Of a DNA stretch of 64,000 nt, positions 17,390-28,247 are shown piece after piece (position 1 is the stretch's first letter; every line of letters starts with the position of its first letter). The notes beneath the pieces are model-generated. The model was not told the origin of the DNA. It saw nothing but the letters and a program-made list of their open reading frames with translations, and did not search any database. The DNA comes from Flavihumibacter sp. (GTDB lineage Bacteria > Bacteroidota > Bacteroidia > Chitinophagales > Chitinophagaceae), in the NCBI GenBank assembly GCA_041751095.1, contig JBGSYC010000128.1:559-64558 (forward strand), given 5' to 3'. Both the position numbers and the translations under genes were made by a program.

Positions 17390-18868
17390 CTACTCCCAGC
17401 CCGGGTTTTGCTTTACATTCGGATTGTTAATGATCTCACCGTTAATAATTGGGAAAAGATAACCCTTCGGATAAGGCGGTGCGCCTGCTTCGGCTTCCAG
17501 TAACTGATGCCGCTTCAGATCGTACCAGCGATCCCCTTCGAAAGCCAGCTCCAGCCAGCGCTGCTGCAATATTTCTCTCACTGAAACCGTACGGCGCGTA
17601 ATACCGGCCCTATCGGTAATTTTATTGAGTTCCAACTGCGCATTAGCCGCATCTCCCATAGCCAGCAATGCTTCAGCCCTGAGCAGTATCACATCGGCTA
17701 ATCGCAAACCGATAATATCACTATCAGAGAAACGGATAGTACCCTGGAGCGACCCCATATACTTCTTAACGTAATGATTAGGTTCTGTTTGTCCGGGTAT
17801 GCTGTTTCTGCCGATATCGGAAGACAGCCAGCCTTCTGTGGCTCTCACCTCCCCCATTGCGGCATTAAAGCGCACCACATCGTTCATGGCTTTATAAGCC
17901 TTTATAATTTTATCGCTCGGCTGAAAGGTAAAATTGCCTCCCGTTGGCGGCGTATTTTTCCTGGGCAGAAAAGCCATTACAAAATCATTCACATTATTAG
18001 ACCCGGGAATCAGCGCATTGTACACAATTTCAAAGATGGATTCAGTGGTACTGTTTTGTGTAAATATCGTTGCGTATTCTGCAGTTGGAACCAGCCGGAA
18101 TTGCGTATTGCGGATAACAGAATCCGCATATTTTGCTGCTTCTGCCCACCGCACAGGCCCGGGATTAAGTTTACTTTGGGCGTATGGGGAACTGATATAC
18201 ACGTAGAATTTTGCCAGCAAAGCATGGGCTGCTCCTTTTGTAGCCCTGCCCCGGTGATTGGTTGGAAAATTTACAGGCATGAGCAAAGCGGCCCTTAACA
18301 GATCCGATTCAATTAATTTTATGATTTCAACCGGAGCCACCTGAGGTTTAGTGAAATTACTTTCCGCATTAAGGTGGGGCTCTGTAGACAGTACCAGGTT
18401 TTCCCACACGCGCAACATGTTGAAGTATGCAAATCCCCGCAGGAAGTAAGCTTCGCCCATTAACCTGTTCTTTTCCAGCGGAACGGTGAACCTTTCAGCA
18501 GGAATGTCCGGGCCATAAAATATGATATTATTAATGGCCCTGATTGAAGAGTAATAGGCCTGCCAGTTCGTATACGGATACACGTTATTGATATTGCCTT
18601 TAATATCTTCACGGGTAGTGGCATTCCGGCTCGTATAAGAATCTGAACGCACTTCTCCGTTAAGCAGGTAACGCAACGGCATTTCATTGCTGGCGCCCGG
18701 AGTTTCCAGACCCATCCGGTAATAGGCGCCCATAAGAGCCCCCCGCAGATCAACTTCTGTTTTGAACTGTTGATCCAGAGCGATTTCACTAACGGGTTCT
18801 TTTTCCAGCACATGGCAGCCTGCCATTATCAGCATCAGGAAAAGCAAAAAGACAATTGAATATTTCAT
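17390..18868 (-). CDS. susD: SusD/RagB-family nutrient-binding outer-membrane lipoprotein
   Basis: Lipoprotein signal LMLIMAGC, FEGDRWYDLKR, C-terminal NPNVKQNPGWE. Lies immediately downstream of SusC. Confidence 0.9.
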   Translation of the reverse strand: MKYSIVFLLFLMLIMAGCHVLEKEPVSEIALDQQFKTEVDLRGALMGAYYRMGLETPGASNEMPLRYLLNGEVRSDSYTSRNATTREDIKGNINNVYPYTNWQAYYSSIRAINNIIFYGPDIPAERFTVPLEKNRLMGEAYFLRGFAYFNMLRVWENLVLSTEPHLNAESNFTKPQVAPVEIIKLIESDLLRAALLMPVNFPTNHRGRATKGAAHALLAKFYVYISSPYAQSKLNPGPVRWAEAAKYADSVIRNTQFRLVPTAEYATIFTQNSTTESIFEIVYNALIPGSNNVNDFVMAFLPRKNTPPTGGNFTFQPSDKIIKAYKAMNDVVRFNAAMGEVRATEGWLSSDIGRNSIPGQTEPNHYVKKYMGSLQGTIRFSDSDIIGLRLADVILLRAEALLAMGDAANAQLELNKITDRAGITRRTVSVREILQQRWLELAFEGDRWYDLKRHQLLEAEAGAPPYPKGYLFPIINGEIINNPNVKQNPGWE

Positions 18869-18897
18869 GATCTTAGAAGATTAATCGGGTTAGAAAC

Positions 18898-21800
18898 TTA
18901 AATATCGAGAGACAGGCCGAAGGTGAAGATGCGGGCTCTCGGGTACGCCCCAAAATCGATCCCATACTGACCTTCGCCATTGAAAGACCGTACGTCTGGG
19001 TCAATGCCTTTATATTTGGTGAAGATAAATACGTTGTTGCCTGTCATATACACCTTCAGGTTATTCAGACGCAAACGTTGGGTAATGTTGTTAGGGAACT
19101 GATAACCCAACGTGATATTGTTAACACGCAGATAAGAACCGTCTTCTATGAACAGGGTTGACTCTAAACTATTGGCTCCTCCGGTAAGCCCGGTAGCTGC
19201 TCTTGGGATATTAGTGATGTCGCCGGGCCGCCGCCATCTGTTGCGCACTTCAGCACTGCTGTTACGGCTCGGCGATTCCATGGTTATCAGAGACATACGG
19301 GTAGCATTGAAAATGTCATTACCGTAAGACCAGTTCATGAATACATCCAACGATACCCCTTTATAAGAAAAACTGTTGTTGATACCCCCCACATGCCGGG
19401 GTTGCATGTTGCCGATATTGGTACGGTCGGTTGGCGTTAGTTTCCCATCACCGTCAATGTCACGGTAAATCACATCACCGCCTGCGAACTTATAGCCGTT
19501 AAAAGTCAAATTGTTCTTGTTGTCCTCGCTTCTGGCATAAACTCCGTCTGATATATATCCATAAACTCCACCCAGCGGATATCCTACCTGAATGGTGCTC
19601 TCCAGTGCATCTACCCCATACACACGCTGCTGGGCAAAAACAAATATCTGATCGTTGGCATTGCCATACAGGGAAAGGACTTTGTTGCGGTTAAACGATA
19701 CATTGACGTTAGTGGACCATTTGAAAGCTCCAGTCAAATTTCTGGTGTTTAGCCCGAACTCCAAACCTTTATTCTCTATTTTACCGAGGTTAATGGTTAT
19801 GGTTCCTGCTCCTGAGGATTGGGCCAGTTGGCGGTCAAGCAGCAAATCATCCGTGCGTTTGTTGTAAGCTTCAGCAATAAACGTTATGCGCTCGTTTAAG
19901 AAACCCATTTCCAGTCCCGCATTGTATTGCGTAGTGGTTTCCCATTTGAGGTTACTATTGGGCACGGCTCCGGGCACAGTTCCGGGACTGCCGACGTAAT
20001 CGGCGCCGGTAGTATAGAGGCCACGGTTGCCAAAATTGCTTAATCCACCCTGGTTACCTACCTGGCCGGCACTACCCCTTAGTTTCAGGTAGCTTAAGTA
20101 TTCAACGTCACGCAGAAAACCTTCATCGGAAATGTTCCATGCTACCGAAACTGATGGAAAAGTGCCGTATCGGTTATTTTTACCAAAACGGGATGAACCG
20201 TCACGCCGCAAATTACCAGACAGGATATACTTATCTCTGAATGAATAAGTGATCCTGCCCGCCAGCGATTGCAAACCGTAAGAGGATTGATTGGAATTAA
20301 CGCCTACTATCGTGGCGCCACCATTTAAGGTAGATACAATATCTCCCGGGAAATTAGACGCATCGCCGCTAAAGCCCCGGTTCGTGAATTCCTGTTGTTC
20401 AAACACGGCCAATACGGCCAGGTTATGATCCGGTGTGATCTGCTTTGTATAATTGATGGTATTGGTATTGATCCACTGAAATGCTTCCGACAAATCGAAC
20501 CCACCGCTGGTTCGGCCCTGCTGGTTAGCTGTGCTTGGCGTAAAGCTCGAGTTCCGTCCCTGCCGGTAGTCAATGCCCCATGTACTGCGGAAAGTCAGGT
20601 CTTTGATGATAGTGACTTCACCAAACACACTACCGAATACCCGGTTGTTGCTCGCGTCCCGACGCTCTTCGTACAAATTTGCCAGCGGGTTGCCTGTATT
20701 GCCGGCAGGTTCAAAAAAAGTGTAACGGCCGAGTGAGTCATAAGGCTGTGTTAAAGGGTTTTTGACAAGTGCGTTCATGTATACGCCGTTGCCCGCTGTG
20801 TTAACGGCACGGGGCTGCGTATTGGAAAGAGATAAACTGTTGCCGAAACGTATGCGCTTGCTCACCTCAATATCCAGATTTAAACGTGCGGTCATGCGCT
20901 TAAAACCGGATGAAATTAAAATACCTTTCTGATCAAAATAATTAAATGAGGCAGCATATTTTACCCGGCCTTCCCCGCCTCTTAGCGCCACATTAATATC
21001 GGTGATGGGAGCGTTATTTTGTAATAACAAACCTGGCCAGTCGGTAGTTGAAGCCGTATCACCTGTTTGCCTGATCTCATTAAAAAAAGCATCAAAGGGG
21101 CGGTTGGTGTTCGTGTACATTTCTTTCATTACCTCCCAATGTTCAAAGCCATTCAGCATTTCATACTCCCGGGCAATGTTCTGAATGCCGCGGCTGATAT
21201 TAACCGTGGTCCGGGGCTTTCCTTTACCGCGTTTTGTTGTAATCAGGATTACACCGTTAGCGGCCCGGGCGCCGTAGATAGCCGACGCCGCAGCGTCCTT
21301 AAGTACATCAATTGCCTCTACGTCTGCCGGATTAATATCTTCAATAAAGCCGTTTAATGGTATCCCGTCTACAATCAGCAGAGGGTCGCTTCCTGCCCTG
21401 ACGGAAGAAATGCCACGGATACGGATGGTAGTGCCGTTGGTGCCCGGAGCTCCGCTATTTTGCACGATTTGTACACCGGCAGCACGGCCCTGCAGCATAT
21501 TATCCAGCCGGGCCACGGGTTGGTTCTCCAGGTCTTTCGGTTTAATGCTTGCAATAGAGCTGGTCAGCGATTTTTTGCTCTCCGTACCATAACCGGTTAC
21601 AATAACTTCCTCCAATACTCTGGTACCGGCCACTAAAGCAATTGTTATGCTTGCACGTCCATTTACTGCGATTTCCTGATTTTCAAAACCCTGGTAACTG
21701 ACAATCAGTGTTGCATTTTCATTGGGAACTGTAATTGCGAAGGAACCCTCGCCGTTGGAAGTGGTGCCGGTAGTAGTGCCTTTTACAACAATATTTACAC

Positions 21801-21936
21801 CTTGCAAAGGTTCACCTGTTTTTTGGTCGGTTATTTTACCGGTAACCCTGAAATCAGGCAGTCTGTAACAATAGCTGTTTATCGAGAATAACAGCAGCAA
21901 AAAAACAAGTGCAGGAACTTTTAGCAAGGCAATCAT
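18898..21936 (-). CDS. susC: SusC/RagA-family TonB-dependent outer-membrane transporter
   Basis: Carboxypeptidase-regulatory-like N-domain (VTGKITDQKTGEPLQGVNIVVKGTTTGTTSNGEGSF), plug (IRIRGISS...DGIP), terminal ...FGLSLDI; 1012 aa. Confidence 0.9.
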   Translation of the reverse strand: MIALLKVPALVFLLLLFSINSYCYRLPDFRVTGKITDQKTGEPLQGVNIVVKGTTTGTTSNGEGSFAITVPNENATLIVSYQGFENQEIAVNGRASITIALVAGTRVLEEVIVTGYGTESKKSLTSSIASIKPKDLENQPVARLDNMLQGRAAGVQIVQNSGAPGTNGTTIRIRGISSVRAGSDPLLIVDGIPLNGFIEDINPADVEAIDVLKDAAASAIYGARAANGVILITTKRGKGKPRTTVNISRGIQNIAREYEMLNGFEHWEVMKEMYTNTNRPFDAFFNEIRQTGDTASTTDWPGLLLQNNAPITDINVALRGGEGRVKYAASFNYFDQKGILISSGFKRMTARLNLDIEVSKRIRFGNSLSLSNTQPRAVNTAGNGVYMNALVKNPLTQPYDSLGRYTFFEPAGNTGNPLANLYEERRDASNNRVFGSVFGEVTIIKDLTFRSTWGIDYRQGRNSSFTPSTANQQGRTSGGFDLSEAFQWINTNTINYTKQITPDHNLAVLAVFEQQEFTNRGFSGDASNFPGDIVSTLNGGATIVGVNSNQSSYGLQSLAGRITYSFRDKYILSGNLRRDGSSRFGKNNRYGTFPSVSVAWNISDEGFLRDVEYLSYLKLRGSAGQVGNQGGLSNFGNRGLYTTGADYVGSPGTVPGAVPNSNLKWETTTQYNAGLEMGFLNERITFIAEAYNKRTDDLLLDRQLAQSSGAGTITINLGKIENKGLEFGLNTRNLTGAFKWSTNVNVSFNRNKVLSLYGNANDQIFVFAQQRVYGVDALESTIQVGYPLGGVYGYISDGVYARSEDNKNNLTFNGYKFAGGDVIYRDIDGDGKLTPTDRTNIGNMQPRHVGGINNSFSYKGVSLDVFMNWSYGNDIFNATRMSLITMESPSRNSSAEVRNRWRRPGDITNIPRAATGLTGGANSLESTLFIEDGSYLRVNNITLGYQFPNNITQRLRLNNLKVYMTGNNVFIFTKYKGIDPDVRSFNGEGQYGIDFGAYPRARIFTFGLSLDI

Positions 21937-21965
21937 TATCTGAGATTAAGAAGTGTAAGGATACA

Positions 21966-21987
21966 AACTGGTATATACTGGTATACT
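21966..21987. promoter_or_regulatory. Third copy of the 22-bp box (AACTGGTATATACTGGTATACT), 29 nt upstream of the SusC ATG
   Basis: Direct sequence comparison. The spacing to the start codon is identical to that of the GH127 copy. Confidence 0.5.
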
Positions 21988-22039
21988 AATTTTATTCAAG
22001 GTAAATAATCTTTTACAAATTATCTGAAAGTATTTTGAC

Positions 22040-22513
22040 ACATTAATGGGGTACCGTTACCAATCAGAAAGTTCTCTGTCACAATTTTGTTTCGTCGCCC
22101 TTCGTCCTGTGCCACAGGATGTTCCGTATAGTGTGCACCATTATGCCATTTCCAGAATATGCCGGTTTGTATCCGGCAGCCTTAAATGCCCCTGCCAGCG
22201 TTACTTTCTCTGTGTGTATAGTTTCCGATCCTCCGGTAAAGAGACGACACGGTGCGCAGATGGTAATGTCCCGTCAGCCAGGCTGGCCCTTGTTGGAGCG
22301 AACAGCGGGCGCAGGAAAAACCATCAAACCAGGCACCTTCCTCAGCTAAGCTGGCTAATGCAGGACACTGCAGGTAAGAATTACCCTTCCGGTAGAATCT
22401 CCCCAGACCTGATCCTCAGATAAAATGATGACAACATTCGGTTATGTACTTGTGAGACACCCGCTGAATAAGCACAATAACTGAAAGCGAATGCTAAATA
22501 GAAAAGTTTTGTA
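22040..22513 (-). pseudogene. Sulfatase N-terminal part, multiply frameshifted and 3'-truncated
   Basis: Minus-strand pieces lie in three frames: KTFLFSIRFQLLCLFSGC (signal), PNVVIILSEDQVWGD, LQCPALASLAEEGAWFDGFSCA, AWLTGHYHLRT, SETIHTEKVTLAGAFKAAGYKPAYSG and (K)WHNGAHYTEHP. The two plus-strand track ORFs here are shadow ORFs. Confidence 0.7.
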
Positions 22514-22516
22514 GTG

Positions 22517-23653
22517 TCACTTACTCAGGCGTATAATTTTATATAGTTCCTCTGCAAAAAGTTTAGCACCTGGAATTGTTAAGTGCACAGGGTCTGTTTC
22601 TTTTCCCGGACGTAAATTTTTTAGCGAAGTAATTTTTTCTCCCGCCACAAAGAATAACTTTTTATCCTTTTTTTGAAATTCGGTGACAATCTTAATAATG
22701 CTGGCGCTAAACTGGGCCGGTGTAGTATGCGTTTTAGGGTTTTCGGTTTTCTTGGTGTATAACAAACTAATGCAAAATATTTTAGATGCTGGCTGATTAA
22801 TCCTTAAAGTCGTTAGGAACTCCCGGTATTCATTCTCAAATCGTTCAACTGATTTATTGGCCCCGTTAAAATCATTATACCCGATAAGCAACGTTATAAC
22901 ATCAGCTTTCGGCAGATCGCGAACCATTTTTGCAATAGGCAAAGCGATTCTGGAACCACCGATCCCCAGGTTGTATAGTTCCAAATTTAATTTTTGAGAT
23001 ACAATAAAAGGGTACGTTAGATACGACGCCCCATCCTGGCCCCTTCCATGTGTAATGCTATCGCCAAGGCCGATATACACTTTTTTTCGGGCAGGTTGGT
23101 AAGTACTAAGTTCACTATGGTCATCCAATTCTAATCTTGTTAACGATAAATTGGAAAAGCTGGGCAGGATAATTTCATAAACACATTCTTTATCAACCCG
23201 TAATGAGTCAAGAATAATATCTACTGACTGATTTAAAGCGACTGCATTGCATGGAATTTCTTTATAAAAAACACCATCGCGGATAACTCCAAAATATCCT
23301 TTTTCCTTTAATCCCGGCTCTTGCGTAAAAGTCAAATGAATTTTAGAACTTTTGGTTTTAAACTGAATCTTTATTCCGCTGGTAGAGCGGGCCGTTTCAC
23401 CCGAAAATATTCTTTCTTCCGGTGGCAAACTTATTAGGGAATCAGAAAAATGTTTATCGAGCAGAAAACCGGAAAAACGCGTATAAAAGAGTTTAGATGG
23501 CGATCGGTAGATATAACCGGCTCCGGTTACATGAATATTCTTATTGTCCAGTGGTATTGTTTTAGCAACGGCAGCAAAAGAAAACGCAATAAAGCATCCA
23601 ATTAATAAGGTTTGATATTTGCTGATCCTGCCCGCTTTCATTGTGGTTGTCAT
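22517..23653 (-). CDS. SGNH/GDSL hydrolase (carbohydrate esterase-like) with N-terminal beta-sandwich domain
   Basis: Block I IGLGDSITHG, block III LLIGYNDF, block V DPVHLT. Start taken at MTTTMKAGR (23653) because the longer track ORF overlaps the GH31 3' end. Confidence 0.8.
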   Translation of the reverse strand: MTTTMKAGRISKYQTLLIGCFIAFSFAAVAKTIPLDNKNIHVTGAGYIYRSPSKLFYTRFSGFLLDKHFSDSLISLPPEERIFSGETARSTSGIKIQFKTKSSKIHLTFTQEPGLKEKGYFGVIRDGVFYKEIPCNAVALNQSVDIILDSLRVDKECVYEIILPSFSNLSLTRLELDDHSELSTYQPARKKVYIGLGDSITHGRGQDGASYLTYPFIVSQKLNLELYNLGIGGSRIALPIAKMVRDLPKADVITLLIGYNDFNGANKSVERFENEYREFLTTLRINQPASKIFCISLLYTKKTENPKTHTTPAQFSASIIKIVTEFQKKDKKLFFVAGEKITSLKNLRPGKETDPVHLTIPGAKLFAEELYKIIRLSK

Positions 23654-23666
23654 GTTGTGAGCAAAT

Positions 23667-26600
23667 CTATTGTTTTGATGTATACAGGGCAAGCGTAGTT
23701 CCGGCACGCAGATAGACCGGCATCTGGCCCGGGCGAGCATTGACTTTTTTAGTAGTGCCTCCCTCAATTGTCTCACCAGTCCAGAAATTTTTCCACTTCC
23801 CTTGAGGAAATGTCACCTTTCTTGTGTTGCCTTCCTGCAGAACCGGTGCAACCAGAATATCCGTTCCAAGCAGGTACTGATCGTCAATGGCGGCCATGTT
23901 CGGCTTGTCAGGATAGGCCAGCATCATAGAACGGATCATCGGCAAGCCTGTCCGGTTGCTCAACTCTGCCTGGCTGAAAAGATAGCTGGCAAGGCCCATA
24001 CGCACTTTTGCATAGTGTCTGTACAGCTTTACGGCTTCATCTCCGTAATGCCAGGGCTCACGGGGTTCTGTACCATGCATACGCATAAGCGGACTGAAGG
24101 TGCTGAATTCCAGCCACCGAACGTATACTTCCGGATCAGGCTGACCAAAAAATCCACCCATATCGCTGCTCCAGATAGAGAATCCACAAGAGGAAAGATT
24201 TAAGGCTCCGGTAAGGGCCGCTCTTAAGCCGGTAAAATTAGCCCTGTGGTCACCGGCGAATGAGGCAACCCAGCGCTGGCTTCCTGCCGACCCCGCCCTT
24301 CCGAAAAGAATATAATCAGCGCCGAGGCGTTCACTAAATGTCTGAGCAAATGTCCTGTGGTAATCATACGCATAAAAATTATGCATCTCTTTACCTGTCC
24401 GGCCGTCATAAAATACGGCATCTTCCGGCACTTCATCTCCAAAATCTATCATACTACCGGCAATGCCTAAGTCAATTCTCCGTTTCCAAAAGGCGCGTGA
24501 TAATTGCATCGCGTTTGGATGACTGAAGTCTACGTACTCCTTGTGTTTGGATAAGAAAGGTTTTCCATTTGCATGACGCAGCACCGGAAGCAGGCTGTCT
24601 GCAATGCCGGGAAGCAGCCGACGTTGCTGATCCATACTGATAGAAGAGTTCCACCATGACAAAGGCCGTATACCTGTTCCTTTTAATCCTTTATGTAAGT
24701 CGGGGTCGTCGCTTGCCGCGCCTTCGGCATACACAGCGGAATGGACAATGCCCAGACTGTCCATTTTTCGTACGGCCGCAAGTACCGCCTTTGCAGGCTT
24801 GCCCGGACTTTCTTCGTTCCAGTTCTTGCCTGTTCTGCCTAACCAGGGTTTGAATGCCCAGAGCGGTGGCACGATCGGCTTACCAGTAAGACTGGTGTAG
24901 TTCTGCAAGGCGCGGTCGGGCGTTTGAGGCCAGAAATAAAAATCCAGTACGGGGCCAAAGGCGGTCAGAGTTGCGATACCGGGTTCACTCTGGCCCAGGT
25001 CAGCGCGAAGGCGGTATGAGGAATTGAAGAACAGGCTGTAGCCGGATGTCTGAAAAAACGGTACAGGTTTATACGTCTGATTGCGAAGGCCGATGGTAAG
25101 TCCGGGATAATCGTCCATTCCCCAGAGCGTAATGGTCTGGCCATTCAGATTAGCCGTATTGTACCTTTCTCCTGATCCGCGGACAAGGATTGCGGGGCCA
25201 AGCGGTTGCGTTAACTGAACAGCTTTTAATCGTGCCGAATCATCAAACCAAAAACCAAATGAGCGTTTATTTAATACAAATTGCCCCGGGTTAGATTGTA
25301 TCGTTACCTGCCAGTCATCGCCTGTTTTTATGAAAATATTCAAACCGGATACTGAATAAACCGGCTGCCGATCTATGGTTAATTCTTTAATTTTTTCATT
25401 AGTGGCCGGATTAAAGTAACCGGTTTCTTCTCCATGAAGGCGGACTCCGCCGCCTAAAGGAAACTTCATAGTCAGTTGATAAGGCTGTTCATTAATTATA
25501 CCTTCCATCAATAACGCGTCCGCTGCAAGCTTTACATTTTTCAAAGTAAATGACTGCCAACGCTTACTTTGAATATTTCCCGGCGATCCGTCTGCATACC
25601 AGTTACGGGATACGACATCCAGTGTTTTCAGATAAACGTCAAGCGAGTCGCAGGCCTTTTGAACGTTATCAGCCAGCAGTACCTGATTAACTTTACGGCG
25701 GATATCGAAGGGTTGTATTGAGTAAGGGATGGGCCCGCCTGCTTCTTTGCGAAAGTTGAAACCTTCAAGCGTAAGCAAATCACACCAGCGTTGTGTGAGA
25801 TGAACCCGGTCGGCAAATGTTTCAGCGGTTGTAGCCCTTTTGAGCGTTTGCTGCATTTTCCATATAGCGGCTTTCTCTTTTTGTGCTGGATAAACCAACT
25901 TAACGGGCCGTTGCCAGCGTAAGGTGCCGGATGGGAGGCTGGTAATTGTTTGCCCGGAAGTAATCACTGCCGGTGCGGCCCCAAAAGATGTTTCCATAAA
26001 CAGATCGGGAGCCGGTCGGTCATCGAAATCTACGGCTACCGGACTGGTACGCTCCGAATCACGCCACCTGGTTCTGCTAACGATGAGGCCAAAGGGTTTA
26101 ACCGGTTTCCCTTCAATTGCAGACCATGGTAATTTCAGCAATACGGTCCAGGCACTTTTTTCAGCTTTCATTTCAACTGTAAACCGGGTAACAAACCGGG
26201 CACTGTGATCTTTAATCACATCGCCACCACCTTCGGGGTGCTTAACCTGCGTTAGTTGTCCGCGGATAACACCTGCCGACTGCCCATCTTTGGATACGGA
26301 GAACTGGTAAAAATGGCCACTCTCCATTGCAGAACGGACATATACATCAACCCTGTCCTGAAAATAGGTGTCCAGTAAAAATGAGTTATCAATATGATCC
26401 TTCAGCTTTAGCTTCCGGAAGTGGCCCGGATGACTCATATTCGGTTCCAGGCAATAAAACAGTATGTACAACGAATCGTTGGTCCAGGCAAATCTTGTTT
26501 GGGTAGGCGTTACGGTTCCATTTTCACCACCTGCTTTGTAGAACCGGTTCAGTACCGGCGAGGTTGTCCAACCGCCTAAAGGTGTATTAACGGTTGGTAA

Positions 26601-26741
26601 GGTTTTAACCTGCGGGCCAAGTGTGATGGCCGTTACACCGTAGGTTAACGGCGATTGAGCGGAAACAAGTTGCCATGCTGATAACAATGTGCAACTAAAC
26701 AATACAAGCCAAAATAAACAATAAGACTTCAGCGTATTCAT
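23667..26741 (-). CDS. Glycoside hydrolase family 31 (YicI-like alpha-xylosidase/alpha-glucosidase) with N-terminal CBM9/DOMON-like domain
   Basis: Signal peptide present. IDFGDEVPED resembles the YicI nucleophile block KTDFGE. Also FAGDHRANF and IWSSDMGGF. 1024 aa. Confidence 0.8.
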   Translation of the reverse strand: MNTLKSYCLFWLVLFSCTLLSAWQLVSAQSPLTYGVTAITLGPQVKTLPTVNTPLGGWTTSPVLNRFYKAGGENGTVTPTQTRFAWTNDSLYILFYCLEPNMSHPGHFRKLKLKDHIDNSFLLDTYFQDRVDVYVRSAMESGHFYQFSVSKDGQSAGVIRGQLTQVKHPEGGGDVIKDHSARFVTRFTVEMKAEKSAWTVLLKLPWSAIEGKPVKPFGLIVSRTRWRDSERTSPVAVDFDDRPAPDLFMETSFGAAPAVITSGQTITSLPSGTLRWQRPVKLVYPAQKEKAAIWKMQQTLKRATTAETFADRVHLTQRWCDLLTLEGFNFRKEAGGPIPYSIQPFDIRRKVNQVLLADNVQKACDSLDVYLKTLDVVSRNWYADGSPGNIQSKRWQSFTLKNVKLAADALLMEGIINEQPYQLTMKFPLGGGVRLHGEETGYFNPATNEKIKELTIDRQPVYSVSGLNIFIKTGDDWQVTIQSNPGQFVLNKRSFGFWFDDSARLKAVQLTQPLGPAILVRGSGERYNTANLNGQTITLWGMDDYPGLTIGLRNQTYKPVPFFQTSGYSLFFNSSYRLRADLGQSEPGIATLTAFGPVLDFYFWPQTPDRALQNYTSLTGKPIVPPLWAFKPWLGRTGKNWNEESPGKPAKAVLAAVRKMDSLGIVHSAVYAEGAASDDPDLHKGLKGTGIRPLSWWNSSISMDQQRRLLPGIADSLLPVLRHANGKPFLSKHKEYVDFSHPNAMQLSRAFWKRRIDLGIAGSMIDFGDEVPEDAVFYDGRTGKEMHNFYAYDYHRTFAQTFSERLGADYILFGRAGSAGSQRWVASFAGDHRANFTGLRAALTGALNLSSCGFSIWSSDMGGFFGQPDPEVYVRWLEFSTFSPLMRMHGTEPREPWHYGDEAVKLYRHYAKVRMGLASYLFSQAELSNRTGLPMIRSMMLAYPDKPNMAAIDDQYLLGTDILVAPVLQEGNTRKVTFPQGKWKNFWTGETIEGGTTKKVNARPGQMPVYLRAGTTLALYTSKQ

Positions 26742-27223
26742 TACTGTATTATTGCGTTAGTTTTTAAATAATTTTTCAAATTATTTAACGCATAAACGTT
26801 AACACCAATACCGCAGTATTATTTACCGAATTTTATTACAAGTTCCGTTTTAATGAACTAATCCCACTGTTGTGCCTGAAATATTTATACACATTACGCG
26901 ATAATGATCATCTGATGAACAGCAAAAGAAGGCACTGCTTCCATTCTGCTATTTGTAAACAGCCAGTTACTAACTTTTGCCAACTTCCGTTTCCGCTTTT
27001 GTGTGATGGTCTTCATGAAGCATAAGATGCTTTTTCAAACCAGTTTTTCGGAGGTGGCAAATTACGCTCATTTTTACGGGACATTAAATCCCGCGTAATC
27101 TTGCGCCGTACAACTACCCACCGAACGGAAGAAAATACAATCATTCATTTAGAATGAGTGCAAAGTACAAATCATCACCGTTCTAAAAATGGGAAGTCTT
27201 CAGTCCGCCGGCGCAGGCTCGTA

Positions 27224-27847
27224 TTATACTTTCTCCTTTTTCGTTGTTACCTGATCATGTAATCTTCTTCTTATCCGGGAGAGTGATACAGGCGTTATAC
27301 CTAAAAAATTTGCGAGGTAATATTGAGGAACTCTTTGTAGAAAAGCCGGTTGTTTTTCGAGTAACTCCAGGTATCTCTCCTCGGGTGTTTTGGTTACAAA
27401 ACTTACTAAGCGGTCTTCATAGCAGCAAATAAGGTACTCTGCTACAAGCCTGCCAAATCGTTCCATTTTAAATGCAATACGTCCATCATTGAGCAGTTTT
27501 GCAAGGGCTGTATTGTTGAAACAAATAATAACAGCATCCTCCATTGCTTCAATATTCGTAAAGCCCGGTTCCTTTTTTAAGAAGCTCTTATAGGAGCTAA
27601 TTAAATCACCTTCAAAGCAAAAGTAATTGCTGATCTCTGCCTCATCTTTATCAATGTAAAAGCGAAAAGAGCCGGAAAATATAAAGCCCACTTCATTACA
27701 TATTTTCCCGGCTCCGATAAACAGTTGGCGTTTCTTTATTTTACGTGTATAAAGCAGATCTGAAAAAATCGTCCACTCTTCATCGGAAAAAAGCACAAAT
27801 TGTTCAAGCGACCTTCTGTAAGCGGTTAGTTGCTCTGATTGCGGCAT
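27224..27847 (-). CDS. Crp/Fnr-family transcriptional regulator (cNMP-binding domain + HTH)
   Basis: Size and layout fit. C-terminal HTH reads QRVPQYYLANFLGITPVSLSRIRRR. Confidence 0.85.
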   Translation of the reverse strand: MPQSEQLTAYRRSLEQFVLFSDEEWTIFSDLLYTRKIKKRQLFIGAGKICNEVGFIFSGSFRFYIDKDEAEISNYFCFEGDLISSYKSFLKKEPGFTNIEAMEDAVIICFNNTALAKLLNDGRIAFKMERFGRLVAEYLICCYEDRLVSFVTKTPEERYLELLEKQPAFLQRVPQYYLANFLGITPVSLSRIRRRLHDQVTTKKEKV

Positions 27848-28247
27848 AGGTTGATTATATTAATAATTGTTATGGAGTGGCAGGGATGATTGTAAAGTTA
27901 TGCCGTCTTTGAGCTTTGCATCCTATTAACCTTGTTTAGTCACTTGTACGTTCTGTAATTCTACCACGGTATAAGCTCTCCCGGGGCAGCATGCTTATTA
28001 TTCCCAGTCATTTCCATTTTAGCCCTTCCTTAGGCTTTTTATTGCTCCGGGAAAGCACAAATGTTTCCGGAACGTTCCCACAGCATCTTATGTGTTTTGA
28101 TACCGGTGTTTCCCATACCGTTTGTGCAATTTACTATAAACCTGACACTTATTAATTATTGCCTTTTTAGTGTTATAAGCGCTTTTTCTTTACTTTGGCT
28201 TCCGGGACTATTCATCTGATGAGTTTCCTGCCGGCAGCAAATGCGGG

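Noticed and set aside
22046-22423. Two overlapping plus-strand track ORFs (125 aa and 76 aa).
   Set aside because: They are shadow ORFs over the minus-strand sulfatase pseudogene. Their sequences are low-complexity and carry no motifs.
23654-23776. A longer N-terminal extension of the SGNH hydrolase ORF (track start 23776).
   Set aside because: The extension overlaps the last 110 nt of the GH31 gene and is Arg/Cys-rich non-protein-like sequence. The internal MTTTMKAGR start is followed by a signal-peptide-like segment.
26767-26812. AT-rich palindromes upstream of GH31: AAATAATTT-n3-AAATTATTT and TTAACG-n6-CGTTAA.
   Set aside because: They have low information content in an AT-rich promoter, there is no second copy in the window, and no adjacent regulator is available to assign.
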